A stretch of 64,000 nucleotides of DNA from Macrostomum lignano. Taxonomy: Eukaryota. The notes beneath the pieces were generated by a model. That model saw nothing but the letters and a program-made list of their open reading frames with translations, made no database searches and was not told the origin of the DNA. The stretch covers positions 1 through 64,000 of the forward strand of contig NIVC01000968.1 in the NCBI GenBank assembly GCA_002269645.1, in the 5' to 3' direction. Each line of letters starts with the position of its first letter. The first letter of the stretch is position 1. A program made the position numbers and the translations under genes. Below, in pieces: positions 14,297 to 29,561 of this stretch.

Positions 14297-15187
14297 ACTG
14301 AAAGTGAGAGGGGTAAAGGGAAGAAACAGAAGAGAACAGAGGACCGGTGGCTCTCTGCAACAAAATTGCTTTTTTCTTGGGGGGGGGCGGTGCGGGGAAC
14401 TAGCCAGCCTGTGTGATGCATGCCCTCTGCCTGAGACAACTGTTTATGAAAGACACAAATAGGATTGGCGGAGTGAAAGGGAGACGAGAAATTGAATGGG
14501 GTGCAAAGGGATCTGGGGGGGGGGAGGGGAAATGAAACGGGGGAGAAATATCCCTACAGTCTTACACACCTGGCAAAACATTGAGCACGCCTATTTGGAA
14601 TACATGGCGCCTCATGTCGGGAGCAGTGCTGGCTGCTGGAGGGCGCCGTCAGATTGAGAAGCTGTGAAAAAGTCACCATTTGGCAAGTGTGTGTCTGTGT
14701 GTATTGAGGCTCCGCAAAGATGCAGAAAAGGGGATTCTGGGAGGCAAACACTTCGCTGTCACTCCGACGTGGCCGACCCGCCACTCCCCCCTCTTTCCCT
14801 CTCTCTCTGCTTTCGCTGTGCTTCTCGCTCTCATAAAATCCCCTTTCTCGCATTGCTCTACCCGCCCCTCACGCCGGTGCGCTGTCAGTTTTGGCAAAAT
14901 GAAAATGGCAAGTGGAACAAAAACACAACACAATGATGAGGCGAGAGCTGTGCCGGTGCTGAAGGGGCTTCTGCAGCCGCTACCATGTTTTAGGATGGAG
15001 AAGGGGTTTGACTCCGCTGAATTTGATGCTGGAGACTGACAGACACGATGAGGCTGTTGGGGGGTGTGTGGGGCTAATCACCCGTAGGGAGTCTGAGTCT
15101 GAGCTGACGGAGCTGATGCAGCTGCTATATGGAATCTAAGCATTACTATCTGAAATGCCTGACTTCTGTCTGCTTCCGAGTGCGCCG

Positions 15188-15540
15188 ATAGCGACGGCTC
15201 ACTGAAGGATCTGAGGTGGGATAGCGACGGCTCACTGAAGGATCTGAGGTAGGATAGCGACGGCTCACTGAAGGATCTGAGGTGGGATAGTGACGGCTCA
15301 CTGAAGGATTTGAGGTGGGATAGCGCCGGATCACTGAAGGATTTGAGGTGGGATAGCGACGGCTCACTGAAGGATCTGAGGTGGGATAGCGACGGATCAC
15401 TGAAGGATTTGAGGTGGGATAGCGCCGGCTCACTGAAGGATCTGAGGTGGGATAGCGACGGCTCACTGAAGGATCTGAGGTGGAATAGCGACGGCTCACT
15501 GAAGGATCTGATGTGGGACAGCGACGGCTCACTGAAGGAA
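15188..15540. repeat. 33-bp minisatellite (~10.5 copies)
   Basis: GATAGCGACGGCTCACTGAAGGATCTGAGGTGG unit; gives an 11-aa periodicity in the ORF track. Confidence 0.95.
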
Positions 15541-17849
15541 GCTGAGGGTATACAAGTGTTGAGAGAGGAAACATGAATGATGTCCAGACACATGTAAAGC
15601 AGTGATTGAGTAAGGTAGCTTTTTATGTTTGAAAACTTCTCCCGAATCCCTGAGCTGTGTTGTAAGCTCAACTAAAATGAAAATTAGCACCTGTTTTTGA
15701 GGTGCACAGCCAGAAATAATGAGCTTTCTATGACACATTGGAGTCAGGATTTAAAGTCCGAGTGTTAAAAAAGAAATGGCAGATTGATTGAATAGGATTA
15801 AGGTACGCATTACTGATTCACCTGTGGCCCTCCCGCAGAGCCGGCACAATCGGACTCATTAAGACTCAATTGAAGTTATTAACAATCAGTGTGGAAATTT
15901 TTTCTGCAGCTTCCGAGAGCAGAAGTTTTTCTGACTTCGCGCGCTCAATGCAGGGAGTTCAGACACCTGTAGAGCCAAACACAAAGGCTTGGATAATTTG
16001 ACTGGGGGTGCTGCATCGGACGGGAGCAGATTACCGATTTCCCCATGCAGTCTTTCACACTTGACCAGCTGATTTTGCCTGCTGGGCATTCGATTCTGTA
16101 ATTCCTTCATTCAGATCCCTCCCAGTCAGATGCTCGCGTTAGGAGGGAGGGAGGGAGAATTCTCCCCAATCTGAGCAGATCGTCGCTACAGATAGCTTTA
16201 GTGGGAAGTTTCCCTTCGCCTGCCAAACACAAAAGCAAAACCAGTTGGCAGTTTGCTCCTGCTACTCGTACGTCTGCTTCTGCCACAATTCCTTCTCTCG
16301 CTTTGACTTTAACAGCCCGCTATGAGCAATTAGGGAGCCACTGTGCGGCATTTCGTGCGTATTCTAAGCTCACTGCTCAGACACCTGCAAGCCTATAGCG
16401 CAGTCACGCACAGTTTTGTATAAACTGCATTTTTTCAGCTCAGCGCAGTGTCTGTTATCTTATTTTTTGTTCTCAAATTAGGGAACAGCATCTCCGTGGA
16501 TGTGATAGAACTGCTTTATGCTATGCGACTTGTATAATCAATGGCTGAATATTACAAAGCCGCCCTCATTGTCGGGTCTTCAATGCTGTCGTCGTGTCGC
16601 AGAATTGAAGAAAACACATCTTGTTGACCCAGTTAAAATTGTCTTGATTATCATTATGCTGCATAGTCGTATATACGGGCTGAAGATGCTGTTGGCGTGT
16701 AACAAAGACCATCAGCTGAGTTATTGTAGGGGCCGCTGCAGCTTGATTACGAGCTAACTATAAAAACATATAGTGGCTTTCTGATTGCCAATCAATTCTC
16801 ACTGAATCCCTTTCATTTGCGATACGAGGCGGGAGGGAAGGCTGGAAAGAAAACGGTACTTCAGAGAGGCCCTTGACAACCCAGCTAGACAAGCATGCAG
16901 AATCCCGTGTTGGCTTTATTAAGAATGACAACAGTTATTCTGTAGTGTGTCAGAGCAGGATAGCAACAGGGAGGGCAAAGCATCTGAGGAGACTCAGACT
17001 CCCGTGAGGTCACCGGCGGGGAGGGTAGTAAACGGCCCAGCGGGCGGTGACGCGCCCTCAGTAACAATTGAAAATTTGAAAAATCATGTCTGGTGCCTGT
17101 TTAAGCCGCAAGCTAACAATTGCAAATCTATACTATATAACGGCTATATAAGGCAGGTAGACAAAACACTGACAGGTAGCTGCGGGAAGCTGAGGGACGC
17201 GTTAAAAACTCGACTTCCGCCGAGGGGGATGAGACCGGGCTGAGGGCCCGGCCAGCAACCGTGTGCAGCTTCTTTTTTAGACAGGCTGCATCGGAAATGG
17301 ACAGTTCAGTATTCAATGCGAATAACGCATGGCTCTGGGAGCTGACGGCTGCGCAAGGCTGAATAGAATATATTGGTAAGCGGAAGTATTTAGGCCTGCA
17401 GTGGCCCATGTGGTGCGACTATTGTGTGTGTGCCGGAATTGAAGGCTGCTTGCTTAATAATTCAGTTAAGAAATTCAATTCAAAGCTGTTCTGTGTGTGC
17501 GCGCCCCATACAGAGAGTGAGTGAGAGAGTGAATGAGCCACCAACTATTTTGTTACTCTTTTGTCTGGCCCCATGGCTCAATAGTCTGGTTTGGGGGCTT
17601 CCGCACTCTCACTCATTGCTGTGCCACATCATGGCCGCGCGAGGCAATTTAATGCTCTGTGTGTGTGAATGGTGTGATTTTTTGTGCCCTTTGTACAACA
17701 GATGGATGGTTTATTGGGTTTGTGTCACAGTTCCTTCCTTCACCACGCCTCAACCAGCTCGCTCTGCAGGTAGGCAGGAAGGCCGCCCTGTCCTTCAACT
17801 GCAACCCTTAGCTAAGAGCAGTCAGAGATGCTTTTGCTAACTTTTGCTG

Positions 17850-18225
<376 letters not shown>

Positions 18226-19231
18226 CTTGATTTCACGCTGGCCCCAAAGCTGTAATTTAATCCTCAGTTATCTCTGTAATTCGATGGAGACAAGGGAGCT
18301 GGGGATTTAAGATCAGCTCTCACTGACTGGGAATCGAACTTCATTAGTCAATTGTATCGCAAGCAATCCAGTTATAAGCTACCAGTCGCTCTGTTGCTAC
18401 AGCCGTTTAACTTTAATTACAACTTGCAGCCTGAGTAGCAACTAATCCGACCAAAGTGCTCAAACTCGCTGAGCGAAATGTAAGCAGCTACCCTTCCAGA
18501 TGGGAAATTTGCCTTATTGACTTATAGAACGCATCGGTGGACAAAAAATACTGAGAGACTGTATATTAGCTTGAGTAGATTAATAGTCGAACTTCTTCTA
18601 CTATAATATACTATTAAAGACTCAAACACATCAGTTAAATCCCAGTGGCCGAAATAGTTGCATAGGTGCCAATAGAATCTGTGGATCCCGAGTCCCTAAT
18701 TTCCTTTCCCGTGGGGTGGAGGGCATTCGTGTGGTATCCAGGCGACAATTTGTGCTGCCGTGCTAAAACGCTCCGACCCCCCGCTGGGTTTGTGAATTGC
18801 AACAATAAAATTTGCTATTTTTTTCCTGAATTGCCAGCTTCCGCCAATTGCTTTCGAGTGGCTTCTGAGAAGGTGTCAAACTGCTCTCCGGTTGTCGAGC
18901 GATGAAGCCGAATTGGCTTTTTTGGGGGGGGGGTGAAGGCATGGACCCTGCCTGGCAACTTCCACAGCATCGCCACTGAGTGAGTGAAAAGTGAATTTTA
19001 TCGGCTCTTCACTTCTCGAACAAAACAATTGTGCCAGCCATTTTCACGTTTTTGGTTGGATTTTTTTAGAAATCCTTTTCTCACTTTCGAATTCCCACCC
19101 AGCCTCTCTGTGAGAATCCATTGCCCGAATGAGGGCTCTGCGTCTGTCAACTGCAGTGCACTTTAAAAAGCTTAAAAATTATCATTCTTTGAACTCTTAG
19201 TGCAGGATGAGCAAATCTTGTTTAGAAAAGT

Positions 19232-19850
19232 TTCTTTAATGGGCGATTTTCCTATGCAGAGATTCTTTGATTGGCGATTTTCCTAGGCAGAGATTCTTTG
19301 ATTGGCGATTTTCCTAGGCAGAGATTCTTTAATGGGCGATTTTCCTAGGCAGAGATTCTTTGATTGGCGATTTTCCTATGCAGAGATTCTGTAATGGGCG
19401 ATTTTCCTATGCAGAGATTCTGTAATGGGCGATTTTCCCAGGCAGAGATTCTGTAATGGGCGATTTTCCTATGCAGAGATTCTTTGATTGGCGATTTTCC
19501 TAGGCAGAGATTCTTTAATGGGCGATTTTCCTAGGCAGAGATTCTTTAATGGGCGATTTTCCTATGCAGAGATTCTTTAATGGGCGATTTTCCTATGCAG
19601 AGATTCTTTAATGGGCGATTTTCCTATGCAGAGATTCTTTGATTGGCGATTTTCCTAGGCAGAGATTCTTTGATTGGCGATTTTCGTTAGCAGAGATTCT
19701 CTGATTTGTGATTTTCTTTTTGGGGGGAGATTCTTTAATGGGTGATCTTCATATGCATAGCTTCTTTGATGGGCGATTTTCCTAGGCAGATGTTCTTTAA
19801 TGGGCGATTTTCCTTTTCGGGGGAGATTCTTTGCTGGGCAATTTTCTTGG
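19232..19850. repeat. 31-bp minisatellite (~20 copies)
   Basis: GGCGATTTTCCTA(G/T)GCAGAGATTCTTTAATG unit, decaying to the right. Confidence 0.93.
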
Positions 19851-22786
19851 GAGACTTTAAAATGGACTAATTTTATGCAATGACTTTATAAAAATGCACA
19901 ATTTCGGTATGAAGTCTCTAGTGGACTGACTGCAGACAATCGCTTGGCACAAGAATGCCAACGCACAGAGAAAGAGAGAGAGAGAGAGAGAGAGAGTTGT
20001 CGAGCAGAGTCCACACTGAAAGCTGCTGTCAGCCATGCCAGATGAGCTCCGAGCGGCCCTTCAATGGCGTTTAAAAATAGCGCAAAAGTTAAAAAAAACA
20101 GAAGAAGAGGCTGCAGGCCGCCACATCCGCCTGCAGAACCGCCCGGCGTGTGCAGCCCAGCTTCCTGTGCGCTAATGAAAGCCGCTGCAGCCTGCAGTGT
20201 CCGGGATATCATTGGTAACACCTGCTGGTTTTTGGGCGGAGCAGATCGGCGGACACACGGGAAACCAGAGCCGCGTGGGCTTTAGAGGGAGTTTGCGGCA
20301 TTTCCTGATCACAGAATGGTCGGGTCCGGCCGCCCTGTGAGACACAGAAGAAGCAGTTAGGGGGGGGGACCTTTGAGAATGACTGAGGCAAGAGGTATTG
20401 GGTAGTCAACTGTCGCACAGAGCCTCCACAAACGAAGCGCCTGTAGTGCAGAAATTCTGCCAGAAACTCATGTGAATGCAAAGTGAAAATTGTTTTTTTT
20501 CCTAATCCCGAAACGTCTCCGGTTTCCTGTTGCGCGCGATCTGCTCCGCGCTTTCCTTTCCGATTCACGCATTAAAAAGCAGCAGCAGGGAGAGCAGGGG
20601 GAGCAGGGGAGCAGGAGCCCCGGCAACAGGGGATGAGAAGGGGTGAGATCTAGTTCGCTAACAATTGCTGCTGATCAAAAGTTGCAGACTTTCAGTCGCC
20701 GACAAAAACCAGCTGATCAGAGGTTTTTTATATTAAGCTGTTGGCTTTTGGGAAATGATGTGTAAAGACGTGCTAAGCAGAATAGCTGACTTGGTAAGTG
20801 AGGCTGGACTGCATTGGCATCATTGTTTGCCCAGCAACACGGCCTCGGCGGCCGGTTGGCGCCTGGCGCAGCTTCCTGACGACCGTCTGACGCCGTCAAG
20901 TGGCTCGCTAGGCCCCGCGGACAGCAGCGACTCTGACAAGCTGACGAACAATGGCTAAAGACAGCAAACACAATCGGAATAAATGGATCGAATCGCTGCT
21001 TTCACTCTTTATTGGGAGGGGGAGACATGAATGACAGGTGCAGCTCTGAAGCAGATGAGGCATGCAGACAAAGAAAATTGCAGCTGAGGCAAAAATACAC
21101 CGGACGCCCTGGCGGCAATAAAAGACGTCGAGTCAATAAGCAATAAACAGATCTGCTTCAGCGCTGCTGCCGCCGCTGCCGCTGCCGGCGCGAGCAATGG
21201 CGTGGAATGCGGTGAGAATATTTGAGCACAGGAAAAGCGATGATCTGCGAGCCCTTTTTGTTCGCGACCTCGGCTACAAAGGCGACAGGGAATTTCGGGC
21301 CTTTGTGATCATAACCCCACCTTGATCTTGCTAATACAGAACCAGGCGCGCACAGAAAGAGTGAACTGCCCAGGCATTTCCGCAATTCCGGGAGACCTCC
21401 CCCTATTCGCTTTCTGTTTCAAAGCCAATTTGCGTCTCTGGAACAGCCTCGCGGCTTCTGTTCGCCTCCTGTCGGAGAGGAAGCTGACTGGCTGGGGGCT
21501 GAAAGGCAACAACTTTCGAGGAAATTTCTCTCGCGGTTGAAGAGCTTGAAGAGCCGCCAGCTAAAGGGATTTTCTTGTGAAGAAGACAAGGCAGAGGTGC
21601 TCTCTTGTGTTCGCCTTGTTCTCGTGCTCGTGCGTGCGAAAACTCGGACAGTCCCTCAGCCCGAGCAGATTCGTGTTGTCTGCTGTAGAGCCCTCGGGGC
21701 ACCGAGCACGCCATGATGCAGTGATTCCTTCCTGAGCACCCGGCCTCGCCTTCTGAAACCGGCATCATCATGGGATTGTGTGTGTGAGACAGACTCAGAA
21801 GGCGTGGCTCTAGTTCAATTGAAGGGCTCTAGTTCATCTGTCGCATTCTGCGAGCCTCGCCGTTAAGATGTCGTGACTCTCGGTGACCTTCAGTTTTTAA
21901 TTACCGCCGCAGGTTCCCCTGAAGCGCGTCAAACTTCAAGGTGGGCGGAGCCCAGCTCAGCCTCCGGAATAACGCCGCGGTCTTGCTTGATGAAGCTTGT
22001 TGAAAACAGCTATACCTTGATAACAATGAGCGGTCCCATTCATGGCCTGCAGGTTGTGAATAAATGACAACAATGAGAAGCTGAGCCCGGAGGGGGATGG
22101 GTTCGATCGAATTCTCAGGGTTCCCGGTAACACGACACTGCACACTTGGGGAATTCTTATTAAATATATTGCTATGTCGATTAACTTCATGAAGGCTGAC
22201 AAAGTGAGGAAATATGAAAATCGGGCGGCCCTATACCAAATACCTGGCATGGTTCTCAGAGTGACCCTACAATAGAGAAGCCAGTGCTCCAGTTTTCTAT
22301 CACACTTGGAGCAGCAATGTCTGGGTCATGCTTTTTTCTTCTACCCAAAACTTCACTGAAATCCTTCACACAGTTGGCCGCGTGCCCCAGTATTGTGAGC
22401 TAAAACAAGAAGGCTGAATTGCCGAGGAACGCAGCAGGCCAGCAATATTGAGCAACTACTCATAAATAGGGAAGCCCCGCAGATGCGCATCGGGGGGGGG
22501 GGCTGGCCGAAGTTCAGGCCGTTCCGCTGGCCCCAATGAGAAGCGAACTTGAATGAGAAAGCTAAGCAGCTGAGGTCGTCACAACAACACCCCGCTGCTC
22601 ACCGTTGGAGTGGCCCGGATTCTGGAATCCATCATCAGTCTTGCGGTCTGGCGTTCCGATGAGTTGTGGAGACTGCAAGCTGCTGTTTGATGACCTCATA
22701 CTCTTAGGGCTTATTTTGGTCGCTCATACACACACACAGAACGCATTGAAATTTGCAGTAATTGGTGCAAGCAAGCATCATGTACA

Positions 22787-23472
22787 GTCACAAGTGTGCA
22801 TGGTCACAAGTGCGCATGGTCAAGTGCGCATGGTCACAAGTGAGCATGGTCGCAAGTGCGCATGGTCACAAGTGCGCATGGTCACAAGTGCGCATTGGTC
22901 ACAAGTGCGCATGGTCACAAGTGTGCATGGTCACAAGTAAGCATGGTCACAAGTGAGCATGGTCACAAGTGCGCATGGTCACAAGTGCGCATTGGTTACA
23001 AGTGCGCATTGGTCACAAGTGCGCATGGTCACAAGTGTGCATGGTCACAAGTGCGCATGGTCACAAGTGCGCATGGTCACAAGTGCGCATTGGTCACAAG
23101 TGCGCATGGTCACAAGTGTGCATGGTCACAAGTAAGCATGGTCACAAGTGAGCATGGTCACAAGTGCGCATGGTCACAAGTGCGCATTGGTCACAAGTGC
23201 GCATGGTCACAAGTGTGCATGGTCACAAGTGCGCATTGGTCACAAGTGCGCATGGTCACAAGTGCGCATGGTCACAAGTGCGCATTGGTCACAAGTGCGC
23301 ATGGTCACAAGTGCGCATGGTCACAAGTGAGCATGGTCACAAGTGCGCATGGTCACAAGTGAGCATGGTCACAAGTGCGCATGGTCACAAGTGAGCATGG
23401 TCACAAGTGCGCATGGTCACAAGTGAGCATGGTCACAAGTGCGCATGGTCACAAGTGAGCATGGTCACAAGT
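22787..23472. repeat. 16/17-bp minisatellite (~42 copies)
   Basis: GCATGGTCACAAGT(G/A)(C/T/A) unit. Confidence 0.95.
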
Positions 23473-24454
23473 TTCTATCCTTACTACATCATGTTCGCAC
23501 TGCAGAATTTGCACAAAAATAAATCCCAGCTATAGACGTCTTCAGGCTCAATTTCTCCCCCTATTGAATAACTTTCCCCAATAGCTCATTTCTGGCGCAA
23601 AAACATTAGGAGAAAAATCCTCAAGAGCTGCAAGACCTGGCAGTGCTCTGGCAGTTTTGCTTTTCTTTTCAAGCCCGACGCACCAATTCAAGCCCGACCT
23701 CTCGCATCGGTTGATTCCATCACGGTGCAGCCTGTGAACCCAGCTCTCTCCTTTGTTCACCGACTTCTCTTCCCCCCCAACCATGCAGTTCCTGCTTCCC
23801 CTGTCAAGTCAGCGCCTTCTCACAGCGGGAGGCCTGACATTGGGATACTCTAGCCCCCGCGCGCCTCACTTTCTCCCCATCGTGGCTCGCATACAGCTGT
23901 CCCCGCAGCGCAGCAAAGCGGCCATCCTGCCAGGAACAGCCGCCCTCCCCAACTACCTACTTTTTTAAACACAACACTATCAGCTCTTGTCTGAGCTGTG
24001 CGCGTCTTTTTAAAGCAAACAGCAGCAGAAGCAACAACAACAGCAGCAGCAGCAGCAGCCCCGGTCAGGGGGAGTTGCAGGGGGACAATGGCCAGCAGAC
24101 GCGCGCTGGGGAAAAAACTCCCCAGGCAAGATTTGTCACAATTTTGCAATGCTTTCCCATGCAGCCTCAAACTGATGCAGGATCCGGCAGCTAAATCCAG
24201 AGTCCTCCGTCTGGACTGAGCAACAACTCAATTTCTTCTGCATGGATTACTCAGAGCTTTGCGCAGAATTCAATTCACTTTTGTTAGCTGAGCAATTCAG
24301 GATTTCATTTTTTTCATTTCGGTTGTAAAACCAACGCGCATTGCATTACATTGGCTTAGTGACTGGTGTCTGCTTAGACTGCAACATATGCAGTGAAAAT
24401 TGCAATTTATTTAGATTTCTAGTATTTGATCCTATAGGAACTTGGCAGCGTCTG

Positions 24455-25800
24455 TGTACAGCTGGTTTGACAGCCTTTGTACAGCTGGTTTGAAAGCCTT
24501 TGTACAGCTGGTTTGACAGCCTTTGTACAGCTGGTTTGACAGCCTTTGTACAGCTGGTTTGACAGCCTTTGTACAGCTGATTTGACAGCCTTTGTACTTT
24601 GTACAGCTGGTTTGACAGCCTTTGTACAGCTGGTTTGATAGTCTTTGTACAGCTGGTTTGACAGCCTTTGTACAGCTGGTTTGACAGTCTTTGTACAGCT
24701 GGTTTGACAGCCTTTGTACAGCTGGTTTGACAGCCTTTGTACAGCTGGTTTGACAGCCTTTGTACAGCTGGTTTGACAGCCTTTGTACAGCTGGTTTGAT
24801 AGTCTTTGTACAGCTGGTTTGACAGCCTTTGTACAGCTGGTTTGACAGTCTTTGTACAGCTGGTTTGACAGCCTTTGTACAGCTGGTTTGACAGCCTTTG
24901 TACAGCTGGTTTGACAGTCTTTGTACAGCTGATTTGACAGCCTTTGTACAGCTGGTTTGACAGCCTTTGTACAGCTGATTTGACAGCCTTTGTACTTTGT
25001 ACAGCTGGTTTGACAGCCTTTGTACAGCTGGTTTGATAGTCTTTGTACAGCTGGTTTGGCAGCCTTTGTACAGCTGGTTTGACAGCCTTTGTACAGCTGG
25101 TTTGACAGCCTTTGTACAGCTGGTTTGACAGCCTTTGTACAGCTGATTTGACAGCCTTTGTACAGCTGGTTTGACAGCCTTTGTACAGCTGATTTGACAG
25201 CCTTTGTACAGCTGATTTGACAGCCTTTGTACAGCTGGTTTGACAGCCTTTGTACAGCTGATTTGACAGCCTTTGTACTTTGTACAGCTGGTTTGACAGC
25301 CTTTGTACAGCTGGTTTGATAGTCTTTGTACAGCTGGTTTGACAGCCTTTGTACAGCTGGTTTGACAGCCTTTGTACAGCTGGTTTGACAGCCTTTGTAC
25401 AGCTGGTTTGACAGCCTTTGTACAGCTGATTTGACAGCCTTTGTACAGCTGGTTTGACAGTCTTTGTACAGCTGATTTGACAGTCTTTGTACAGCTGATT
25501 TGACAGCCTTTGTACAGCTGGTTTGACAGCCTTTGTACAGCTGATTTGACAGCCTTTGTACAGCTGGTTTGACAGCCTTTGTACAGCTGGTTTGACAGTC
25601 TTTGTACAGCTGATTTGACAGCCTTTGTACAGCTGGTTTGATAGCCTTTGTACAGCTGGTTTGATAGCCTTTGTACAGCTGGTGTGACAGCCTTTGTACA
25701 GATGGTTTGACAGTCTTTATACAGCTAGTTTGACAACCTCCATACTGCTAGTTGACAGTTTCTGTATGTGTTTCAATCTCTTTACAGCTGGTGTGACAGC
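24455..25800. repeat. 23-bp minisatellite (~56 copies)
   Basis: CAGCTGGTTTGACAGCCTTTGTA unit. Confidence 0.96.
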
Positions 25801-28094
25801 CTCCCGTAGATTTGGAAGTATTATGTTCTGAAAATGGCCGCATTCTCTTCTGTACAGCTTACTTTAGACAGTCTTAAAATTACCTAAAAATGAGCTGAAC
25901 AATAGAAGTCATTAAATCAATCAAACAATCAAATAAGACAGTAGGTTATAATATGATTGCGCCATTAAAGATCTCGGTAGCATACAAAATACATAGTAGA
26001 GATATACAGGAATTGAAGAGCCAGAAGCCACAGACAGACATATAGTTAGTGCAAGCGGTTCTGCTCTGTTGGGCTTGATAAAACTGGCAGGAGCACTCGG
26101 AGCGGAACCACCTGCGGAGAGAGAGAGCGTGAATTAAATATAAAAGTGCGTAGACGAACAGCGAAAGCCTATAGTGAAGGCGGGATTGAAAGGCGACCAT
26201 GCAGCCACCCTCAGAGTTTGAATATTGCATGCGGCGGCGCAGATTTTCATTTGCTTCTGCGGCGCTTGACCGATGGCCACCTAAAAGACAGTCGGTCTCA
26301 GCGGGGGGGGGGCTGTCGGACCGAGGCGGAGATTAAAAATTGCTCTGAGCAAGGGAACAATCGAAATTATTTGAGGGAAATGGAAGTGGAAGCGGAGCGG
26401 TGTCCCAGCGGAGTCAGCGGGAGCTGTCACGCGCTCTCGGCGAAGTCGCAGAGGAGTTGGCAGCAGGAAGCCGAGCTGTTTCATTTTCTATTCGCACCTC
26501 ATCTCCCGGAGCTCATCCGCTCCCGCCCTATCTGGGGATGTCCCGCATCCTTTTCTTTGGCCGGCGCCTTAGACGTGATCGTGTTTGGGAAGAAAGAATT
26601 GAGCTCAAGTCGACCGGAGGCGGCGGGAGGCCTCGCGGGTGGCAACCGGGATGCCGGCTCGGCGCCAGCTAATGGCATCCGAGAGTGTCTGCGTGTTTTT
26701 TGACTGACCCGCGAGTTGCAGAAGCAGCAACTGCGGAAATGCCGGGCTCTCAGTGGCGAGAGAATCTTTCAGTTCAGCTGACTGGCTGGCCTGGCCTGCA
26801 AAGCTTTTCAATGCAGATGCTGAATTAGCTGGCAATGCTGGTGCTAGCACTGGCTCATACTCCATCATCCTGTGCCTGTCTGTCTGTCTGCCTGCTTGCC
26901 TGTCTGTCTGCCTGCCCGTCTGTCTGTCTTTCTGTCTGCCTTATTTCAAACTCATCAAATACTTCACATAGACTATCTCAGATCTCCCTTTCACGAGCGA
27001 GCTTTCAGTTGTCAAACGCGGCACATTTAAAATACTGCTGTTTTCTGAATATGTACATGTACGCTCATATTCCGCTGATCAGCGGCAACAAATTAAGAAG
27101 ATCAACATTGTGCAAGCTACAGCGCCCTTCTAACAGCTTACGCAACAAATTCATGATGACGACAGTTGGTTAACGATTCGGCCGCTACAAATCAATGGGA
27201 ACACACTGAAGATGTGTTCAACACCACAGAAGACAGCTAGTCTAGTTTTGCCAGTCTCCATGGCCCGGCCCGGAGACCCCATGCTGGCAAGCCGCACTTG
27301 CCCGACTGTGTCGCCTCGAGGCTCAAAAAGATCGACGTGGATTTTCGACGAGAGTTGAGCACAGGAATGAGATGACGGATCCCCGGTAGCATAGCAGACT
27401 TTTAATGAAGAGGCCCACTAGTGAGTGGGAGGCTGGAAGAGGATTCCAGAGTGAAGCCAGCGAGAGAGAGAGAGTCGACCCTCAAGTGATGCCGCGCCTT
27501 TGCTGCCAGGTGTGAAGTAGGTGCGTGCTTATATGCCCGAATGAGTGAGTGATGCAACAGTGAATGAAGAGGCCGAGCCGGGCTCTAGGATGAGGAGAAG
27601 AGAGGCTGTGATTTACGTTGCAGACTCGCTCCACTTGACCACATGGCTGTCGGTTGGTTGAGACGCAGGGCAGGGGAAAGGAGAGGCTGCAGGGCCTGCC
27701 TAATCAGCCAGCTCGCTGGCAGGCCGAGCCGCAGCCAGGCAGACTCATTAGTTCCAGAGTCTTGTGACGCCGCCAAGGCCTCTTTAACATGCGCGCCCGG
27801 CCGGCAAAGCAAAAAGAGCGGAATTTCCCTGTCTGTGCCCGCAAGGAAAAAACCGTGTGCCACTTACCTACCCCCCTAACCTGCTTCTACCGCCGGCAAC
27901 TCAAAACTGTTTCGAGCTTGTTTTTTGCATGCTTTTAGAGGAAACTGGCGTCTTGCTTTCTTAGATGCGTCCGTCTTTGAAGGCTTTTGCCCAGATTTCT
28001 AGCAAAGCGATTTTCGAGATAAAGAGTATGATCAATATTTATCTTAGGTCCTAAAGCTGCAATCCTAAGCTAAGAATACTACAGTGGATCACCA

Positions 28095-28730
28095 TATTGG
28101 GTGTTCGAGTGTCAGAGGCGCCATTTTTAACTTCTTGTGGCGCCATGTTGAGTGTCAACGGCGCCATTTTTGGCTTCTTTGGCCGCTATATTTGTTATCA
28201 GAGGCGCCATTTTTTTATTCTTTGGGCGATATATTGGTTGTCATAGGCGCTATTTTTAACTTTTCTGGGCGCCATATTGGTTGTCAGAGGCGCCATTTTT
28301 GACTTCTTGAGGCACCATGTTGGGTGTCCCAGGCGCCATTTTTGACTTCTTGAGGCACCATGTTGGGTGTCACAGGCGCCATTTTTGACTTCTTGAGGCG
28401 CCATGTTGGGTGTCACAGGCGCCATTTTTGACTTCTTGAGGCACCATGTTGGGTGTCCCAGGCGCCATTTTTTGACTTCTTGAGGCACCATGTTGGGTGT
28501 CACAGGCGCCATTTTTGACTTCTTGAGGCACCATGTTGGGTGTCACAGGCGCCATTTTTGACTTCTTGAGGCGCCATGTTGGGTGTCACAGGCGCCATTT
28601 TTGACTTCTTGAGGCGCCATGTTGGGTGTCACAGGCGCCATTTTTGACTTCTTGAGGCGCCATGTTGGGTGTCCCAGGCGCCATTTTTGACTTCTTGAGG
28701 CACCATGTTGGGTGTCACAGGCGCCATTTT
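28095..28730. repeat. 43-bp minisatellite rich in GCGCCATNTT
   Basis: GGCGCCATTTTTGACTTCTTGAGGC(A/G)CCATGTTGGGTGTCACA unit; degenerate on the left, near-perfect from ~28260. Confidence 0.93.
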
Positions 28731-29561
28731 GGTTGCTAGAGGCAACTTTCATCCAAAGCTGGTAAGAACTCTGTTTGCATTGTGACGGTCAAATTGATAC
28801 ATGAACGGTGTGAAATACAAATTTTATATACAAAAATAACTTATACTTCACAGGCTACTAACAGCACATAAGGGGTGCATTTCTCAGTTTTATATCGGGT
28901 TAAAAATACAAATAATTAATTAACGACAGATCTACGGACTTTTAAGTGTTTCCTTTCTTAAAGAATTAACAAAAAATAATGCATTATAGTGGAATACGAT
29001 ATCATATATTTATAAATCATAAACCGGCTGTTTCTAGCCCTATTGACTAAAAAAATGTATCACAATAATGTAATAAAAATACCAAAGGCTGAATGAAACT
29101 TCGAGATCAAATTGGACTTACGTACATCATAAAACTGCTAGCTGGAATAAAAGGCTGAATATATTACTAATAAACAAGTAAATAGTAGCACCAAGTCTTG
29201 AGCTAGACTATTTTTAATAAAAAAATTAATTAAGTAAATTAACTCTTGAATATAAAAAAGCCAATATATAAAAAAACTAATGAAAATATTTATACCAAAA
29301 GACTGTAGTAAAATATATTGCCAGAGCAATACTAGTTTACTTTACTGACTGACAGCTTCAGGTGTAATTAAATGTGATCTATAGATATTTTAAAATAATG
29401 TCAGCTGGCGCATGCATACTACTAGCAGTACGATAATAAGAAAAAGCTTATTGCAAATTTAGTATAGTGCAAACTTGATACATAAAATATTAACTGATAA
29501 AAGAGCCGCTTATAGGCAATAAGATTTAGAAGGCCTCAAGGCCGCAACGACGGGTTGCTTT

